From the IMG/VR virus record IMGVR_UViG_3300032257_000081, positions 1 through 30,629 of that record: DNA of 30,629 nt, one strand, 5' to 3'. Position 1 is the stretch's first letter. Each line of letters starts with the position of its first letter. Origin of the DNA: a virus. Its lineage: Duplodnaviria; Caudoviricetes. The notes under the pieces are model-generated. The model saw nothing but the letters and a program-made list of their open reading frames with translations. It was not told where the DNA came from and did no database searches. Of this stretch, positions 10,228 to 19,882 are shown one piece after another. The position numbers were made by a program, and so were the translations under genes.

Positions 10228-10435
10228 CGGGGTATCGAGCCTCCAACTCTTTCAGTCGTTTTGAACTCGGGGCCTTGGCACCGGTCCGCATCGATCGGGC
10301 CTGGGCGCGATGGCCACGATGGATCAGCATCACGTCTTTCGGGATCATGGCGCGAATTTCAGCGGGCCGGTAATTGCCCGGGATCAGGTTTGCAAGGATG
10401 CGTCGGACGCTGATGCGCCCGTCACGGGCTTTCCC
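10217..10435 (-). CDS. Tail assembly chaperone, frameshifted C-terminal extension (gpGT-like)
   Basis: The -1 frame is open for 73 codons from the GGGAAAG heptamer: GKARDGRISVRRILANLIPGNYRPAEIRAMIPKDV...APSSKRLKELEARYPDEC*. Confidence 0.8.
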   Translation of the reverse strand, partial: GKARDGRISVRRILANLIPGNYRPAEIRAMIPKDVMLIHRGHRAQARSMRTGAKAPSSKRLKELEARYPDEC

Positions 10436-10824
10436 GGCGCGCCCTCATCCGCCTCCTCGTCTTCGTCTTCGTCGTCTTCATCTTCGACCCCGTCCCAGAT
10501 ATCGGGCTCCACCGCGACGCCGATCAACGCCTGCGCCACGGTGAAATAGCGACGCAGGCCCGCGGGCAACTCCGCCTGCACCAGATCGCCAGCCGCCTGC
10601 CGCTCCATACCGGCACCGACAAGGCCCAGGATGATAAGGTCGGTGATCTCGCGTGCCGTCGGTGACCGGCCAGCCGTCATGCAATCCTCGAAGACACCAA
10701 GGACGCCGCGATGGGCGTCCTCGAACTCTTCGATCAGACCCATGGTCAGGATCAGGTTATGAACCTGACCCCCGATCTCTTCGCGCAGCCCGCCGCGCGG
10801 CGGGTGGTCAAGAACCCCCGCCAT
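10384..10824 (-). CDS. Tail assembly chaperone (GTA-gp10-like, gpG equivalent)
   Basis: 146 aa between tail tube and tape measure. LILTMGLIEEFE...LIILGLVGAGM motif and an acidic tail. Confidence 0.8.
   Translation of the reverse strand: MAGVLDHPPRGGLREEIGGQVHNLILTMGLIEEFEDAHRGVLGVFEDCMTAGRSPTAREITDLIILGLVGAGMERQAAGDLVQAELPAGLRRYFTVAQALIGVAVEPDIWDGVEDEDDEDEDEEADEGAPGKPVTGASASDASLQT
10429..10435 (-). other. Programmed -1 ribosomal frameshift slippery site G GGA AAG
   Basis: Codons CCG GGA AAG place the lambda G/GT heptamer in the correct X XXY YYZ phase. Confidence 0.85.
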
Positions 10825-11267
10825 TACGCTTCAGCTGTAAAGGTGAAATCGCCGGCGCTGACCAGCGCGATCGAGCCGGTGACCTCGCCGTTTTGGGTAT
10901 CCTGACCGCCAAATTCCAGCGTGTTCAGATGGAACGCCCCTTCAAAGGTGCCGATGCCGGGCACGACGATCTGCCAATTGGCGATCGGGTTGCCGCTCAT
11001 CTTCAGCGTGACAAGCGTCTGTTCATAACCAAGTTTCTTGATCCGGACATCACCGGAGGCGTCCAGATGGGTCACGCCACCCGCGATCAGCTCCCGCACC
11101 AGCTTGGTGGTGGCCGCTGCCGAGACACTGTCCGCGGCGGTGGTGTCGATCGCGTCGCCGCCCAGGGTCATACTGGACGCCGTGAGGGCGGCGATCGTGG
11201 TGAAGACTTCGGGAGCCGCCCCGTCGCCGATCTTCAAGAGCATATCGCTCGCGCGTTTACCTGCCAT
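10824..11267 (-). CDS. Major tail tube protein (TP901-1/GTA-like family)
   Basis: MLLKIGDGAAPEVFTTIA...WQIVVPGIGTFEGAF...SAGDFTFTA. Confidence 0.92.
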   Translation of the reverse strand: MAGKRASDMLLKIGDGAAPEVFTTIAALTASSMTLGGDAIDTTAADSVSAAATTKLVRELIAGGVTHLDASGDVRIKKLGYEQTLVTLKMSGNPIANWQIVVPGIGTFEGAFHLNTLEFGGQDTQNGEVTGSIALVSAGDFTFTAEA

Positions 11268-11284
11268 GGTCTGTTCCTCTTCTG

Positions 11285-11710
11285 TTAAAATACGCCGGCA
11301 TCGAGGCGTGCCTCGAATACCGCCAGCCCGACATGGGTTTTTCCGTCATTCTGTCGGCGCACATCGCTGGTCAGATAATCCAGGCCGCAGAGCGCAAATC
11401 CCGTCACCGTGATTTGTAACTCGCGCCGATCCAGCGCGCTGACGACCGCACCCAGGATCCGCTGCGCCTCGACTTTTCCGCCCTTCGCGGGCCGGGTATG
11501 AGCCTCGATGGTAAAGGTCACGATGTAGTCCCGCGTGCCGCCGGTGTGGTCACCGTCCACGTCCATTCGACCCAGGCGGATATAGGGCAGGCCCGCGTTC
11601 TGCGGTGGCTGATCGCGGATCGCCAGCACGCCTTCTGCCGTGATCCCGGCATCGGCTCGCAGCCTTGCACGCACGCCCTTCTGCAGGGCAGACGCCACAT
11701 CATCAGCCAT
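11285..11710 (-). CDS. Tail terminator (DUF3168 family)
   Basis: ALQKGVRARLRAD...D.PPQ..LPYIRLG...DGKTHVG motif. Located just before the tail tube gene. Confidence 0.88.
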   Translation of the reverse strand: MADDVASALQKGVRARLRADAGITAEGVLAIRDQPPQNAGLPYIRLGRMDVDGDHTGGTRDYIVTFTIEAHTRPAKGGKVEAQRILGAVVSALDRRELQITVTGFALCGLDYLTSDVRRQNDGKTHVGLAVFEARLDAGVF

Positions 11711-12110
11711 TGCCCATCACCTTCTTCACAGCCTTGTTCAGCGCGCGCCGAACGCGCCCTCTGTGCTTCTTCGCGATATAAACACCGGCGCGGTGCATGT
11801 ATGGTTTGGGATCGGTTGTGCCCCGCACACCTTTCTTCCTCCCCCAATGGATCGAATAGACCTTGTCTTTGTCTTTGCGGTCTTCGACCTCGACAAAAAC
11901 GATGCCGGTCATGCCGCCTTCGCGGATCTCATGCTCGATGCGGTCGCGGGTCTCACCGGTCACATTGGGGGCCAGAACCTTCGCAACCCGTTTGACCTCG
12001 ACCGTCGATCGTTTGACCGCCTTCGCGATCTCATCACGCTCCGCACGTTTCAGGTTCCTCAGCTGGACCTTCTTGCGGCGCACGCCTTCGATCCGCCCCT
12101 CGAACCTCAT
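11703..12110 (-). CDS. HK97 gp10-like tail completion/neck protein
   Basis: Basic 135 aa protein with AKVLAPNVTGETRDRI and PKPYMHRA. Confidence 0.8.
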   Translation of the reverse strand: MRFEGRIEGVRRKKVQLRNLKRAERDEIAKAVKRSTVEVKRVAKVLAPNVTGETRDRIEHEIREGGMTGIVFVEVEDRKDKDKVYSIHWGRKKGVRGTTDPKPYMHRAGVYIAKKHRGRVRRALNKAVKKVMGNG

Positions 12111-12463
12111 TGCGCGGCCCCGGTGATGCCCGTGAATTCCAACACGTCGCGCTTGCGCCCGACATGCACACCGGCAGCTTGTAGGTTCCAGACCTTGCCG
12201 CGCGCGGTGACCCGGTCGCCACCTGTCACGCCGCGCATCGTGGCGCTGTCACGCACGCGCAGCGTGATGACCTCGGTGGCCTCCAACCGCCCCGCGCCCA
12301 GTTTCTCACTGCCGGGCCCTTCCATCCGGATATCGGCCCAGACCGTGGCGATGGCCGCCAACACATCGTCGGCCTCGTTGCCGTAGTCATCCAGGTCAAC
12401 ATCCGTCGACGCCGGAGGCCGCTCGAACAGGGCACGCTCACGGAAATTCCCGGCGCGCGCCAT
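12107..12463 (-). CDS. Head closure / head-tail adaptor (SPP1 gp16-like)
   Basis: MARAGNFRERALFERP...DDYGN...TVWADI. Start at a TGATG overlap. Confidence 0.85.
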   Translation of the reverse strand: MARAGNFRERALFERPPASTDVDLDDYGNEADDVLAAIATVWADIRMEGPGSEKLGAGRLEATEVITLRVRDSATMRGVTGGDRVTARGKVWNLQAAGVHVGRKRDVLEFTGITGAAQ

Positions 12464-13035
12464 CAGACCCACCGCCGATGCGGGGCCAGCAGGTCGATCA
12501 CGCCAAGCGGCAGATCGCTTGAAATCGTTCCAATCACAATCGCCTCGCGGTTCTCGGCGTAATGGGCCACCAGCAGGCGCACGGCATGCACGATGTCATG
12601 CGGCACGTCAGTCGCAGCGGGCCCATAGCCCGCAATGAAATCAACCTGGACGGATGCAAAATCCGACAGCGCCGTGGGCCAGTCCTTGTCCCGCGCCGGC
12701 ACAACAAAGGCCTCGCCATCGATCTTCACCAATCGGTATTCCGATGCGGCCAAAGTCTGCCGCACGCCATCGTTGTCCAGGTAGGTCAGCAGCGCCAGTG
12801 ATCTGACCGGACCCGCAGGCAAGGCGATGCGACTGAAGAAACACGACAGCGACAGGCGCAGCGTCTGATCGATCAGCTTGCGGCGCAGATAGGTCTCGAC
12901 TTGCGCCCGGGCCGATTTGACGAAGCCCAGGATCAGGCTGTCCTCGATTGTGCCAGGATCCTGTCGGGAATGCGCTTTCGCGTCATCAAGCGACAAAGGC
13001 TCTACCGTGGGCGGGGTCAGGATCTCAAGGGTCAT
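12463..13035 (-). CDS. Head-tail connector (HK97 gp6-like)
   Basis: PPTVEPLSLDDAKAH...AGYG...VPHDIVHAVRLLVAHYAENRE. Confidence 0.92.
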   Translation of the reverse strand: MTLEILTPPTVEPLSLDDAKAHSRQDPGTIEDSLILGFVKSARAQVETYLRRKLIDQTLRLSLSCFFSRIALPAGPVRSLALLTYLDNDGVRQTLAASEYRLVKIDGEAFVVPARDKDWPTALSDFASVQVDFIAGYGPAATDVPHDIVHAVRLLVAHYAENREAIVIGTISSDLPLGVIDLLAPHRRWV

Positions 13036-13046
13036 CGGATGCGCCT

Positions 13047-13082
13047 GTAAAAGATCAGCCCCGCCACGGATCGCGGCGGGGC
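13047..13082 (-). terminator. Probable intrinsic terminator after the capsid and decoration genes
   Basis: Minus strand GCCCCGCC-GCGATCCGT-GGCGGGGC followed by TGATCTTTTA (imperfect U tract). Confidence 0.55.
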
Positions 13083-13089
13083 CTGTGGC

Positions 13090-13548
13090 TTAGATGGAAA
13101 CGATCTCGGCCACGCTGGCCAGATCATTATTGGACGCCGGCGCATACCGCGCGCCCATCCCCAGGACCAAGGCCGCGCTGTCGGAACTGGCGGTGGCCAC
13201 GGTCATGTTCAAACGCACATGCGTAAAGCCGCCCGCCAGGTCCAGATCCTCGGCATAAAGCTGCAGGATCGCCTGCTTGTCGCTGTCCGATCCGGCATCC
13301 GTCAGCTGCGTGATTGCAGCCCCGGTGACGTCCTTGACGCCGGCGCCGGAACTGTCGGTCGCCTGTTCAAACTTGGCGTCCAGCGTGGCGCTGGTCCCAA
13401 GTGCACCGGCCATGATCACCGCCATGACGGCGGCGAAATCGGCCATGTTGATCCATGCGGTGGTGAGCGTGCCGGCAACGTTCAGATCGGGATCGATCAC
13501 GCCGACAACGGCCGTCAGCTCGGACGGCAGAAGGGTCTTTTGAGCCAT
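13090..13548 (-). CDS. Virion protein, probable capsid decoration protein
   Basis: MAQKTLL start with a CAGGAGA RBS. Sits directly after the capsid gene and before the terminator. Confidence 0.6.
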   Translation of the reverse strand: MAQKTLLPSELTAVVGVIDPDLNVAGTLTTAWINMADFAAVMAVIMAGALGTSATLDAKFEQATDSSGAGVKDVTGAAITQLTDAGSDSDKQAILQLYAEDLDLAGGFTHVRLNMTVATASSDSAALVLGMGARYAPASNNDLASVAEIVSI

Positions 13549-13615
13549 TGGGATATCTCCTGAAATGGATGCTCTGGAGGGCACCGTCGCCCGCCAGATT
13601 GGTGTGGCCTGCCGG

Positions 13616-14911
13616 TTAGGCGCGCGTGGCCAGTGTCACGAAATGCGACCGGGTGGCCGTGCCCTTGTTGGGCGTGATCGGGGCCGACAGGTGCGGCTGG
13701 CCGCCATAGCGGAACACCCAACGGAACGCCTGCTTGGCATAGTCGAAGTAGAGATGGATCGACGATGCAAACTGGATACCCGCGCTGCGGCGAACGCCGT
13801 AATACCCCTTGGGGCTGATCAGCTGGATGTCGTTTTGGGTGCCAAGCGTGTCCGCGTATTCCGAGAACCGGATGGCGCGACCCAGAAGGAAACCGCCGGG
13901 CGCATCGGCAAAACCGTTGGGCGGCGTCCAGATCGGCTTGTCGCCGATGGTCATGTCCATCAGCTGCGGCAGCGTATCCTGGTTCATCATCCAGAACGGC
14001 GTGTCGCCCGGCACCACCTGCAGGCGCGCATACATCTTGGCGATATTCTGCGCCACGATGGTGCCTGCCGTCTGACCGCTTTCCTTGGCGATGACAACCT
14101 GCGCAGCGCCCTTGGTCCAGCCAAGCGGCTGGCCGACGCCGGTGCCTTCGACCACGGCCTCGTTCTTCTTCCAGGCGATGGCCATGCCCGCCTTGTTGGT
14201 CAGGCGGTTGGCCAGACGCGGCGTATCCTCCAGCAACTCTTCGGTTGCCGCGGCCAGGGCGTAAAGCTCATGCAGAGGCACATTGCGGCCTTCATCGGCC
14301 AACTGGGTCTCTGTCATCTTCGCGCCTTCAGAACGCCAATAGGCCTTGATGCCGGCCGTGCCCCAGGGCGTGGTTTCATCGGCCATCAGCTTGACCTCGC
14401 GATGCGCGGTCGGTTCCTCATCAATCAGCGGGCCGAACTCATCAAAACCCTGCACGATCTCCCACACCGCATCGCGGTATTGCGGCGGCAGGGAATACCC
14501 TTCGCCCGCCGAACCGCCACCCTGCATGGTCGCGTTCATCGACAGCTGCGTCAGCCGCTCGTCGACGACGCCGCCGTGCTGCGTGGCCTGCACCGCGCCA
14601 TGCACTGCCCGGGCAAATTCCCCGATATCGGCAAAGCCACCAGTCAGAGCCGGGTTGGCCTCGTTGACCATGTTGGCACCGGCCGGGGCACGGGTGACCG
14701 TGCGGGCTTCCATCTCGCGGCGCTGCTTGGCCAGCTTCTCCGCCGATTTGATCGAGGCCTGCACCTTGGTGCGTTCAGCCTCATTGGCCTCCAGGGCCTC
14801 GGTCTCGTCATCGGTCAGATCCCGATCTCCGGCATCTGCCAATTCGATGATGGCCAGCCCCTCGGCCTTCAGGTCAGCGAGCTGCTGGCGCAGTTGTTCA
14901 AGACGATTCAT
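13616..14911 (-). CDS. Major capsid protein, HK97 fold
   Basis: Start MNRLEQ with GAGGAG RBS. Coiled-coil delta domain, GGYSLP-like motif (GEGYSLPPQ), WRSEG, ATEELLED and GTGVGQPLG. Confidence 0.95.
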   Translation of the reverse strand: MNRLEQLRQQLADLKAEGLAIIELADAGDRDLTDDETEALEANEAERTKVQASIKSAEKLAKQRREMEARTVTRAPAGANMVNEANPALTGGFADIGEFARAVHGAVQATQHGGVVDERLTQLSMNATMQGGGSAGEGYSLPPQYRDAVWEIVQGFDEFGPLIDEEPTAHREVKLMADETTPWGTAGIKAYWRSEGAKMTETQLADEGRNVPLHELYALAAATEELLEDTPRLANRLTNKAGMAIAWKKNEAVVEGTGVGQPLGWTKGAAQVVIAKESGQTAGTIVAQNIAKMYARLQVVPGDTPFWMMNQDTLPQLMDMTIGDKPIWTPPNGFADAPGGFLLGRAIRFSEYADTLGTQNDIQLISPKGYYGVRRSAGIQFASSIHLYFDYAKQAFRWVFRYGGQPHLSAPITPNKGTATRSHFVTLATRA

Positions 14912-15004
14912 CGCCTGCTCCTCTATGATCCGGGGACATATCTTTCCCGTGACCACACGCCCGGACGTGTGGCCCCTTCGCGACCGGGGTCGGTTGAAAA
15001 ACTC

Positions 15005-15928
15005 TCAGCTCAGCGCGATCTTTTGCCGTTCCAGGCTGGCGCGCCGCTTGGTGGTGCGGGGCATCTTGCCCTTTGTCAGATCGGCCAGCACCTCTTCCAT
15101 CGTGGCCAGCCGATCGATCATGCCCAGGCGGCGCGCCTCCCGCGCGTCATAGGCGCGGCCGCCGCCGTAATGAGCATCGCTGCTTTCGGGATCGGCCCGC
15201 ACAACGCTGGCTTGCACCGATCGGAACCGCGCAACATCGCCGGTAAAGTTGCGATAGGTTGCGGCAACTGATCGTTGCACTTCTGCGCGCGCACTGTCCT
15301 CCAGTGGGCCGTAAGGGGCCAGCTCGACCTTGCGGGCCCCGTCGAAGATCAGCGTCCGGTCGACGCCCTCCATCGCCAAACGCTCCGACAGATCATCATG
15401 CATCGTGTAGACCCCGATGGATCCCACCCGGCCAGATGGCGGCGCGACAATCTGATCTGCCGCCGCTGCAATCCAGTAGGCCGCCGAGGCGGCCATCAGG
15501 TTGGCCACTGCAATGATTGGTCGGTTCTCGCGGCGGGCCGCAAAGATCTTGGCGGCCATCTCTTCGACCAGACCGACACTGCCGCCGGGGCTGTCAATAT
15601 CCAGCACGATGGCGGCAGCGTTTTCATCCGCAGCGGCCTCATCAAACGCGCGCCCGAATTTCACCAGAGACACACCACCCGACATCTCCGACAGCATGTC
15701 GGCCTTCGGAAAGATCGTGCCGTGCAGGCTGAGAATGTGGATGCGGCCCTTGCGGCCATCAACCTGGGCGGCAATCGCCGCGGCCTTCGGTGCTTCACCA
15801 TCATAGGCACGTGGCTGATGTGTCGCCCTCAGTGCCAGCATATTGGCGATCTCATACCCCTTTGCGGGATCAATGGCCCAGGCTGTGGCAGACACGGCCC
15901 CCAGAATACGGTCAATTTCATGCGGCAT
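15005..15928 (-). CDS. Prohead protease, S49 (SppA-like) family
   Basis: IVLDIDSPGGSV, AASAAYWIA, VGSIGV. Confidence 0.95.
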   Translation of the reverse strand: MPHEIDRILGAVSATAWAIDPAKGYEIANMLALRATHQPRAYDGEAPKAAAIAAQVDGRKGRIHILSLHGTIFPKADMLSEMSGGVSLVKFGRAFDEAAADENAAAIVLDIDSPGGSVGLVEEMAAKIFAARRENRPIIAVANLMAASAAYWIAAAADQIVAPPSGRVGSIGVYTMHDDLSERLAMEGVDRTLIFDGARKVELAPYGPLEDSARAEVQRSVAATYRNFTGDVARFRSVQASVVRADPESSDAHYGGGRAYDAREARRLGMIDRLATMEEVLADLTKGKMPRTTKRRASLERQKIALS

Positions 15929-17243
15929 CTTTGATCAACTCCAGTCTTGGTTTCCCGCCGGACCCGGCAACGCTCTGGCGCAGGAAGTGAATGGCAGCAG
16001 CCGTCGAACCCTTTGCGGGCGGCTCACGATCTGCGATGCCCACTGGCACCATATTCAGCGGCTCGATATACCGGTCGCCCGCCGCACCGATGCCATTCCG
16101 TTTTTCCATGCGCAGAATGTCATTGACGGACATCCAGCCCCATTGCCGTCCAATCGCGTAGGCCTCGAACCGCGCCTTGATGTCGCCACGCAACAGCGTG
16201 GAAACGTTGAACTCAAACCGAAACCGGCGATCCCCGATCAGGAACTTGTTCACCGACCGCTCGATCAACTCCAGGATGGGTGTCAGCGTGTCGGTCACAA
16301 ACTCAAGCGATTGTTCCTCGATGTTCGAAAAAGTGGCCCGATCCAGAATGCCCACCTTATGCGGCTGCACCCGCCACAGCCGGGTCAGGTCCAGCCACAG
16401 TTCCTTGCGGGTTTCCAGAAACTGCGCCTCTTCACTGGTCAGCCCGACCTTGTGCGGCTTCATGCCGTGCTCAAGCACGCCCGGCGTGTGCCGGTTTTTT
16501 CCGCCAGCCCATTTCCGCCAGCTCTTGAGGAAATTCGTTTTTGATTCCTTATCTGCGAATGATTGGCCGTCCGGAAATCCGATCAGAAAATTTGGCGTTG
16601 CGTCATTGGCGAAGAGAATATTGGCGTATCGCTGCAGGGCGATGGCCACCGCAACGGCCTCCCGCCCGTCATCCAGAATGGTGGACCTCCCGCGCAGGTT
16701 CTCGATCAGCGGCGGCATCGCGATATGCCAGACCTCACCCTCCAGCAGCACCCGGGTGCGTCCGAAGTGATCCGTGTAACGGAACCGCTTAGACCGGTCC
16801 GGCAGTTCCTCCAGCTGGACCAGCTCGGGCTCCAGTCGCCACAGCTCGGTCAGTCTGCCATTTTCAAAGATCGTCTCGGCGTAGAAATTGCCGTCCGTGT
16901 CCAGATCATCGACAAGGCTGTTGATGAACTCGAACGATGTCTGGCGCGGGTTCGGGTCCTCCAGCACTGATAGCACCGGATGATCGTCGCGCCGGAGCGT
17001 ATCGCCGTTCGCGGCCATTTCGAAAATGCCGATGCCCAGACCTGCCACGCTTTCCGACCGCACCTGCAGGCAGTCACGAACCACCGGGATCTGGCGGGCC
17101 CGCTCGATCGTGACCTGCACGTCGATCTCGCTGCGCCGCCCGCCCAGACCGTACCACGCATCATCAGACGGATCGCGGGCACTGGGATTTTCGGGACCGG
17201 CATCGGCGCGTGCGCCGCCCGTTATCATTGACCAAAGCCCCAT
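15918..17243 (-). CDS. Portal protein, HK97 family
   Basis: PNPRQTSFEF, AQFLETRK, ATFSNIEEQ, LLRGDIKARFEAY, GWMSVNDILRME. Confidence 0.96.
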   Translation of the reverse strand: MGLWSMITGGARADAGPENPSARDPSDDAWYGLGGRRSEIDVQVTIERARQIPVVRDCLQVRSESVAGLGIGIFEMAANGDTLRRDDHPVLSVLEDPNPRQTSFEFINSLVDDLDTDGNFYAETIFENGRLTELWRLEPELVQLEELPDRSKRFRYTDHFGRTRVLLEGEVWHIAMPPLIENLRGRSTILDDGREAVAVAIALQRYANILFANDATPNFLIGFPDGQSFADKESKTNFLKSWRKWAGGKNRHTPGVLEHGMKPHKVGLTSEEAQFLETRKELWLDLTRLWRVQPHKVGILDRATFSNIEEQSLEFVTDTLTPILELIERSVNKFLIGDRRFRFEFNVSTLLRGDIKARFEAYAIGRQWGWMSVNDILRMEKRNGIGAAGDRYIEPLNMVPVGIADREPPAKGSTAAAIHFLRQSVAGSGGKPRLELIKDAA

Positions 17244-18961
17244 CAGGCCACCTCGTAATCAGATGCGAAGCTGATGCCCCGCGATTTTGCCTGCGGGTTC
17301 AGATCCATCAACATCGCTGCGTTGATCAAGGCGATCAGCGGATCGATCTTTGCGACCCCCGCCTGCGCCTTGGTGATGTAGATATTGTTGCCCCGTCGTT
17401 CCGTCTTCGCGTTGGCCACACACCAGTTCATCAGCGGTTGATCACAATGGACCAGCGTCTCATCCAGCAGGCGGCGCTCCATCCCGATCACCGCCCCGTG
17501 TAACCGCCAGCCCTGGCCGATGCCGATCACCTCTGCCGCAGGGCCATTTTCTCCGGGCAGCGAAAACCCCCGCGCGCCCAATTCATCACGCAGCGCCGCC
17601 GCCCCTGCCGGGTCCAGCCCGATCGCATTGGCCGCAGGCAGGATACCCGCCGCGCGCACCTGGTCGCAGATATCAACCGCCTCCGTGATGTGGCGGCTGG
17701 TGTCCTTTTCAAGGATCAGGTCATGCTGCCCGGCAAACTCTTCCAGCTTCACTGCGATTTTCTTGCGCCGCTCCAACACCGTCGGGCTGGCCCAGGCCCG
17801 CACCCATGTCATCCAGCGCCGGGTTTCCTTGTGCCGGCCAATCACGGCGAGCCCGAACAGATCATCCGCCCCGCCGACATCCGCGCCCACCACTGCGACA
17901 TCGGACTGTTCCAGAATAGCATCCAGGTCCAGCTCGGGCCGCCCGTTCTGGATCCAGTAATCTGCCCCCACCCATCGGTGATCATGGGTGCCCATTCCCA
18001 CCTGGATGTTCAGGTGCTGGCTGGCCCATATCCTCAGCGCGACCGGCCCGTTTTCCTTTTCGGCAAGATAGAGATCATGCAAAAGGTTCATCTGGATACT
18101 GCGGCCAAGGTTCGGCAGCACCAGCGCCCAGTTTTCCGGATCCTCCCAGGGCCGCGCCTCGTCCAGCTGCATCGCTTCAGGGAACTCATAAAGCACCGCC
18201 AGGGTGCGCACCCCGCGGGAGATCTCGCCATCGCGGATCTTGCGCGCGCGCTCCAGGTCTTCCTTGAACACCCCCATCGGTTCGACATCCGATTGCGTGG
18301 TGATGATCACCAGAAGCGCGTTCGGGTTGGTGATCATCCCGCCCCGGATCTGCGACATGACCCGCTTGGCAAAGCTCTTGCCCGCAATGACATGTTCTTC
18401 ATCGATGATGGTTAGCGTCGGGATCTCGCCGGTCACCACGTTCATATCGAAGGTCTTCACCTTCAGGACCGCGCCGGTTTTGATCCGGGTGATCTTGCTC
18501 AGGTGCTCCTGAACATGGAACACCGTCTTCAGTCGCGGATCCGCCTTGATCATGCCGAGCGCCTGGTTGAAGCACCGCTCCGCCACCGCCTGTGTCGGGC
18601 CCAGGATCATCATCTCCGCATTGGGCTGATCGATCATCATCAGCGCAGTCAGACCCAGGGCGGCGCTGTTGGTGGTCTTCGAGTTCTTTTTCGGGACCAG
18701 AATGAATATCTCATTGACCAGCTGCGCGCCGGTATCCGGATGCTCTGCCGCAAAGGCAGCGCGCACGATATCGCGAAACCATTCGCCGCTGGCCTCCTCC
18801 AGCCGCGGCATCCCTGCCACGTCTGGCAGGCGCAGCGAATTATAGATGCTGACAGCCTTGGCCGCGCGCTTCGCATTCAGCGGCAGATCCGGCATTGGGG
18901 TGTCGCCACGGCGCAGGCGATTTTCCCAGTCCGGGCAGGCAAAGGAAATATCCAGGGGCAT
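17243..18961 (-). CDS. terL: Terminase large subunit
   Basis: Walker A-like VPKKNSKTT, Walker B IIDEEH, nuclease motifs GADVGGADDL and KIDPLIA. Start placed at the TGATG overlap with terS. Confidence 0.95.
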   Translation of the reverse strand: MPLDISFACPDWENRLRRGDTPMPDLPLNAKRAAKAVSIYNSLRLPDVAGMPRLEEASGEWFRDIVRAAFAAEHPDTGAQLVNEIFILVPKKNSKTTNSAALGLTALMMIDQPNAEMMILGPTQAVAERCFNQALGMIKADPRLKTVFHVQEHLSKITRIKTGAVLKVKTFDMNVVTGEIPTLTIIDEEHVIAGKSFAKRVMSQIRGGMITNPNALLVIITTQSDVEPMGVFKEDLERARKIRDGEISRGVRTLAVLYEFPEAMQLDEARPWEDPENWALVLPNLGRSIQMNLLHDLYLAEKENGPVALRIWASQHLNIQVGMGTHDHRWVGADYWIQNGRPELDLDAILEQSDVAVVGADVGGADDLFGLAVIGRHKETRRWMTWVRAWASPTVLERRKKIAVKLEEFAGQHDLILEKDTSRHITEAVDICDQVRAAGILPAANAIGLDPAGAAALRDELGARGFSLPGENGPAAEVIGIGQGWRLHGAVIGMERRLLDETLVHCDQPLMNWCVANAKTERRGNNIYITKAQAGVAKIDPLIALINAAMLMDLNPQAKSRGISFASDYEVA

Positions 18962-19455
18962 CAGTGCAGGTTTCCAGTTTCTTCTTCCAGCCAATCGTCA
19001 AAATCGGCTTCCGCCTCGTGGGCCGCGTCGACCGATGCTGCCTTCTTTCCTTTCGGCGCGGGCGCGCCTGGCCCTTTTGCGCGCCGATCTTCTTCCTCGC
19101 CGGCCGCAACCTTGGCGATCTGGCTGTCCAGAATGGCCAGCTGCGCCTTCATCGCCGTGACATTACCGCCATCGGCAGCGGCATCGAGCCGCAACAAAAC
19201 CTTGGCGCGCTGATCCGACAGCGCTACCTTGCGCGCCGCCGCCTTACTGACCGCGCCGTTTTGAAAATAATGCTTTCGCAACGTCGGAACCGACAGCCCA
19301 ACCTCCCGCGCGATCTCCCGAAGGTTCATGCCAGAGCACAGCAACACCCTGATTTTATTAGATGTTTCCGCATTGGGTGCGTGTTCGTTCCGCCCAACCT
19401 GACCATGGTTCGCCGGTATCGGGTCTCCAAGAAGGTCAAATTTCACATTTGCCAC
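18961..19455 (-). CDS. Terminase small subunit-like HTH protein
   Basis: GTG start, HTH EIAREVGLSVPTLRKHY, GNVTA and GKK motifs. Lies directly upstream of terL. Confidence 0.75.
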   Translation of the reverse strand: MANVKFDLLGDPIPANHGQVGRNEHAPNAETSNKIRVLLCSGMNLREIAREVGLSVPTLRKHYFQNGAVSKAAARKVALSDQRAKVLLRLDAAADGGNVTAMKAQLAILDSQIAKVAAGEEEDRRAKGPGAPAPKGKKAASVDAAHEAEADFDDWLEEETGNLH

Positions 19456-19528
19456 AAAAAAAAGTCTCTACGTTATGGGGATGCGGGTCTGGGAACATCC
19501 GGGTTGCACAAATCGAACCCCCCCTCCC

Positions 19529-19882
19529 CTATGCCAGGCCCCGACGTTCCAGGCTTTGCTTGACCCGGTCGTGGTATTTCTTCGACACCAGCTGCAGGTT
19601 AGCGTGATCCCAGAACAGATCCGTGTCTCCCCGATGCGGTCTGATGTGATCCACTACGGGACTGTTGGGTGCCGGATAGCGACCGACCAACAATTCACCG
19701 GTCTGCTGGCAGACCAGCTTGTCGCGCGCCCGGATCCGTTTGACCAGCTTCTGCCACCGTGCCGTTTTGTACCACGCACGCCACGGTTGAGTTGCGTCGC
19801 GATAGGATGACCGCTCTGCCGGGTCGACCGGATAGCCGAGGGATGGCCGCAGGGTTTGCAAGGTGGGGCGCAGGGTTTTCAT
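19529..19882 (-). CDS. Packaging-associated HNH endonuclease (HK97 gp74-like)
   Basis: WYKTARWQKL...VVDHIRPHRGD..LFWD..NLQ.VSK.YHD..KQ. Confidence 0.92.
   Translation of the reverse strand: MKTLRPTLQTLRPSLGYPVDPAERSSYRDATQPWRAWYKTARWQKLVKRIRARDKLVCQQTGELLVGRYPAPNSPVVDHIRPHRGDTDLFWDHANLQLVSKKYHDRVKQSLERRGLA

Noticed and set aside
10384-13035. Gene transfer agent cluster
   Set aside because: The tail and neck genes are GTA-like, but the repressor switch, replication region, HNH and long tape measure indicate a true temperate phage.
14953-14972. 7-bp hairpin upstream of the capsid gene
   Set aside because: Short, with no U tract. It could be an mRNA stability element, but support is insufficient.
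13565-15271. 568-aa plus-strand ORF
   Set aside because: Antisense shadow of the capsid and protease genes.
19529-19882. HNH as a mobile homing endonuclease
   Set aside because: Its size and position next to terS match the packaging cofactor class.
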